Of a stretch of 64,000 bases of DNA, positions 63,085 to 64,000 are shown piece after piece. The notes below the pieces were generated by a model that saw nothing but the letters and a program-made list of their open reading frames with translations, had not been told where the DNA came from and did not search any database. Position 1 is the first letter of the stretch. Every line of letters begins with the position of its first letter. The position numbers were made by a program, and so were the translations under genes. The stretch is taken from the NCBI RefSeq assembly GCF_006345805.1, contig NC_043005.1, positions 33,542,001 through 33,606,000 on the forward strand. The letters run 5' to 3'. Source of the DNA: Octopus sinensis (taxonomy: Eukaryota).

Positions 63085-63516
63085 TTAATTCTTTAGCATT
63101 CAGATTACATTCTATTATAATTCTTATTTATTGACATTGTTTTGAATTAATCAGACATTATCTTGTATCTTCAAGATTTTGATGATGAATTGTATATTTT
63201 TTTAATGAAATTGTAAGGGAGGTGTGACAGACCCAACTTGAATGGTTTGAAGATAAATCAAGTAGAACACTTTAGCCAGATTTGGCCAGGTTAAATATTT
63301 TTTAATCCATTTGATAATAACCCATCTGGATCTGCTCCCGGTTCTATGATATAAATTCTCTACTCCAAAATGGTTTTAATTAACATGTTATCAAAATTTC
63401 ACTTTTAATTTATGTTCCAAACACTAGCTAAATAACAAAGTTATTTTGATAAATATTTTATTATTATCAAAATTAAAACAAAGACTATTTCAATAGAAAG
63501 ATGGAAACAGAGTTAG
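63085..63516. mobile_element. Abutting TTAA MITEs: family A (63085-63300) and reversed family B (63302-63516)
   Basis: TTAA-ttctttagcattcagattac... then TTAA-tccatttgata...ggttctatga...gttccaaacac. Confidence 0.7.
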
Positions 63517-64000
63517 ATACACAAGTTATAATATTCAATGTTATTGTAATGTATTTAGGCAATTTTCTAAAGGAAAGGAGAGAATAGTCCCACTCAAGAA
63601 AGGAAATATTTAACTTTTCTAACTACAAAGAGGAGAAATCAAATAAAGAATATCAGAACTGCTATTATTGGGAAGTCGTATAAACAGCGATGACTATCAT
63701 TATACATCACAAAATATACATTATCATATAAAATATATATCGTTTATGTATGTGTCTGTACTATGTATATATTACTAGGAAAGTGTGTAAGGTTTGTCCA
63801 CTCATATTTATTTGTTTATATAGTATGCCAAGCAAAAGAAAAAGGTGTCCAACATATTTAGTAGGAGTTATATATATATATATATATATATATACTTTTG
63901 TTGTGTTTGGGGAGAGTCATTCTCTTTTAGTGTCTTATTATTTAACACACTCACTGGTAAAGTTACCACTTATTTACTTTTTTAGAGTTGCAAGACGCAA

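Overview
AT-rich, microsatellite-dense eukaryotic DNA. The repeat families suggest an octopus (coleoid cephalopod); this is an inference. Only one host gene is well supported: a DCN1-like protein 3 (DCUN1D3) whose whole CDS lies in one minus-strand exon (5167-6084), with a splice acceptor just upstream, so its 5' UTR exon(s) and promoter lie further right (best guess about 16.3-17.2 kb). The rest is intron or intergenic DNA full of decayed mobile elements: several tRNA-derived SINE families, LINE fragments (RTE, CR1-group, R4/Dong, HERO), a Penelope-like element with a hammerhead ribozyme motif, mariner/Tc1 and Sola2-like transposase relics, and TTAA (piggyBac-type) and hAT MITEs. I see no clear new multi-gene system. 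The most unusual features concern transposon biology: a HERO element lacking its RT domain with a tRNA-derived SINE in its 3' end; a young SINE flanked by a ~200 bp direct duplication; repeated tail-to-tail Dong LINE/SINE pairs at (AAT)n; an RTE split into two oppositely oriented, nearly contiguous pieces; and two long fold-back elements. Most short ORFs in the supplied track are microsatellite or antisense artefacts. Repeat boundaries were read by eye and are approximate unless TSDs or TIRs are quoted. SINE and MITE family letters (S1-S5, A/B) are my own labels.
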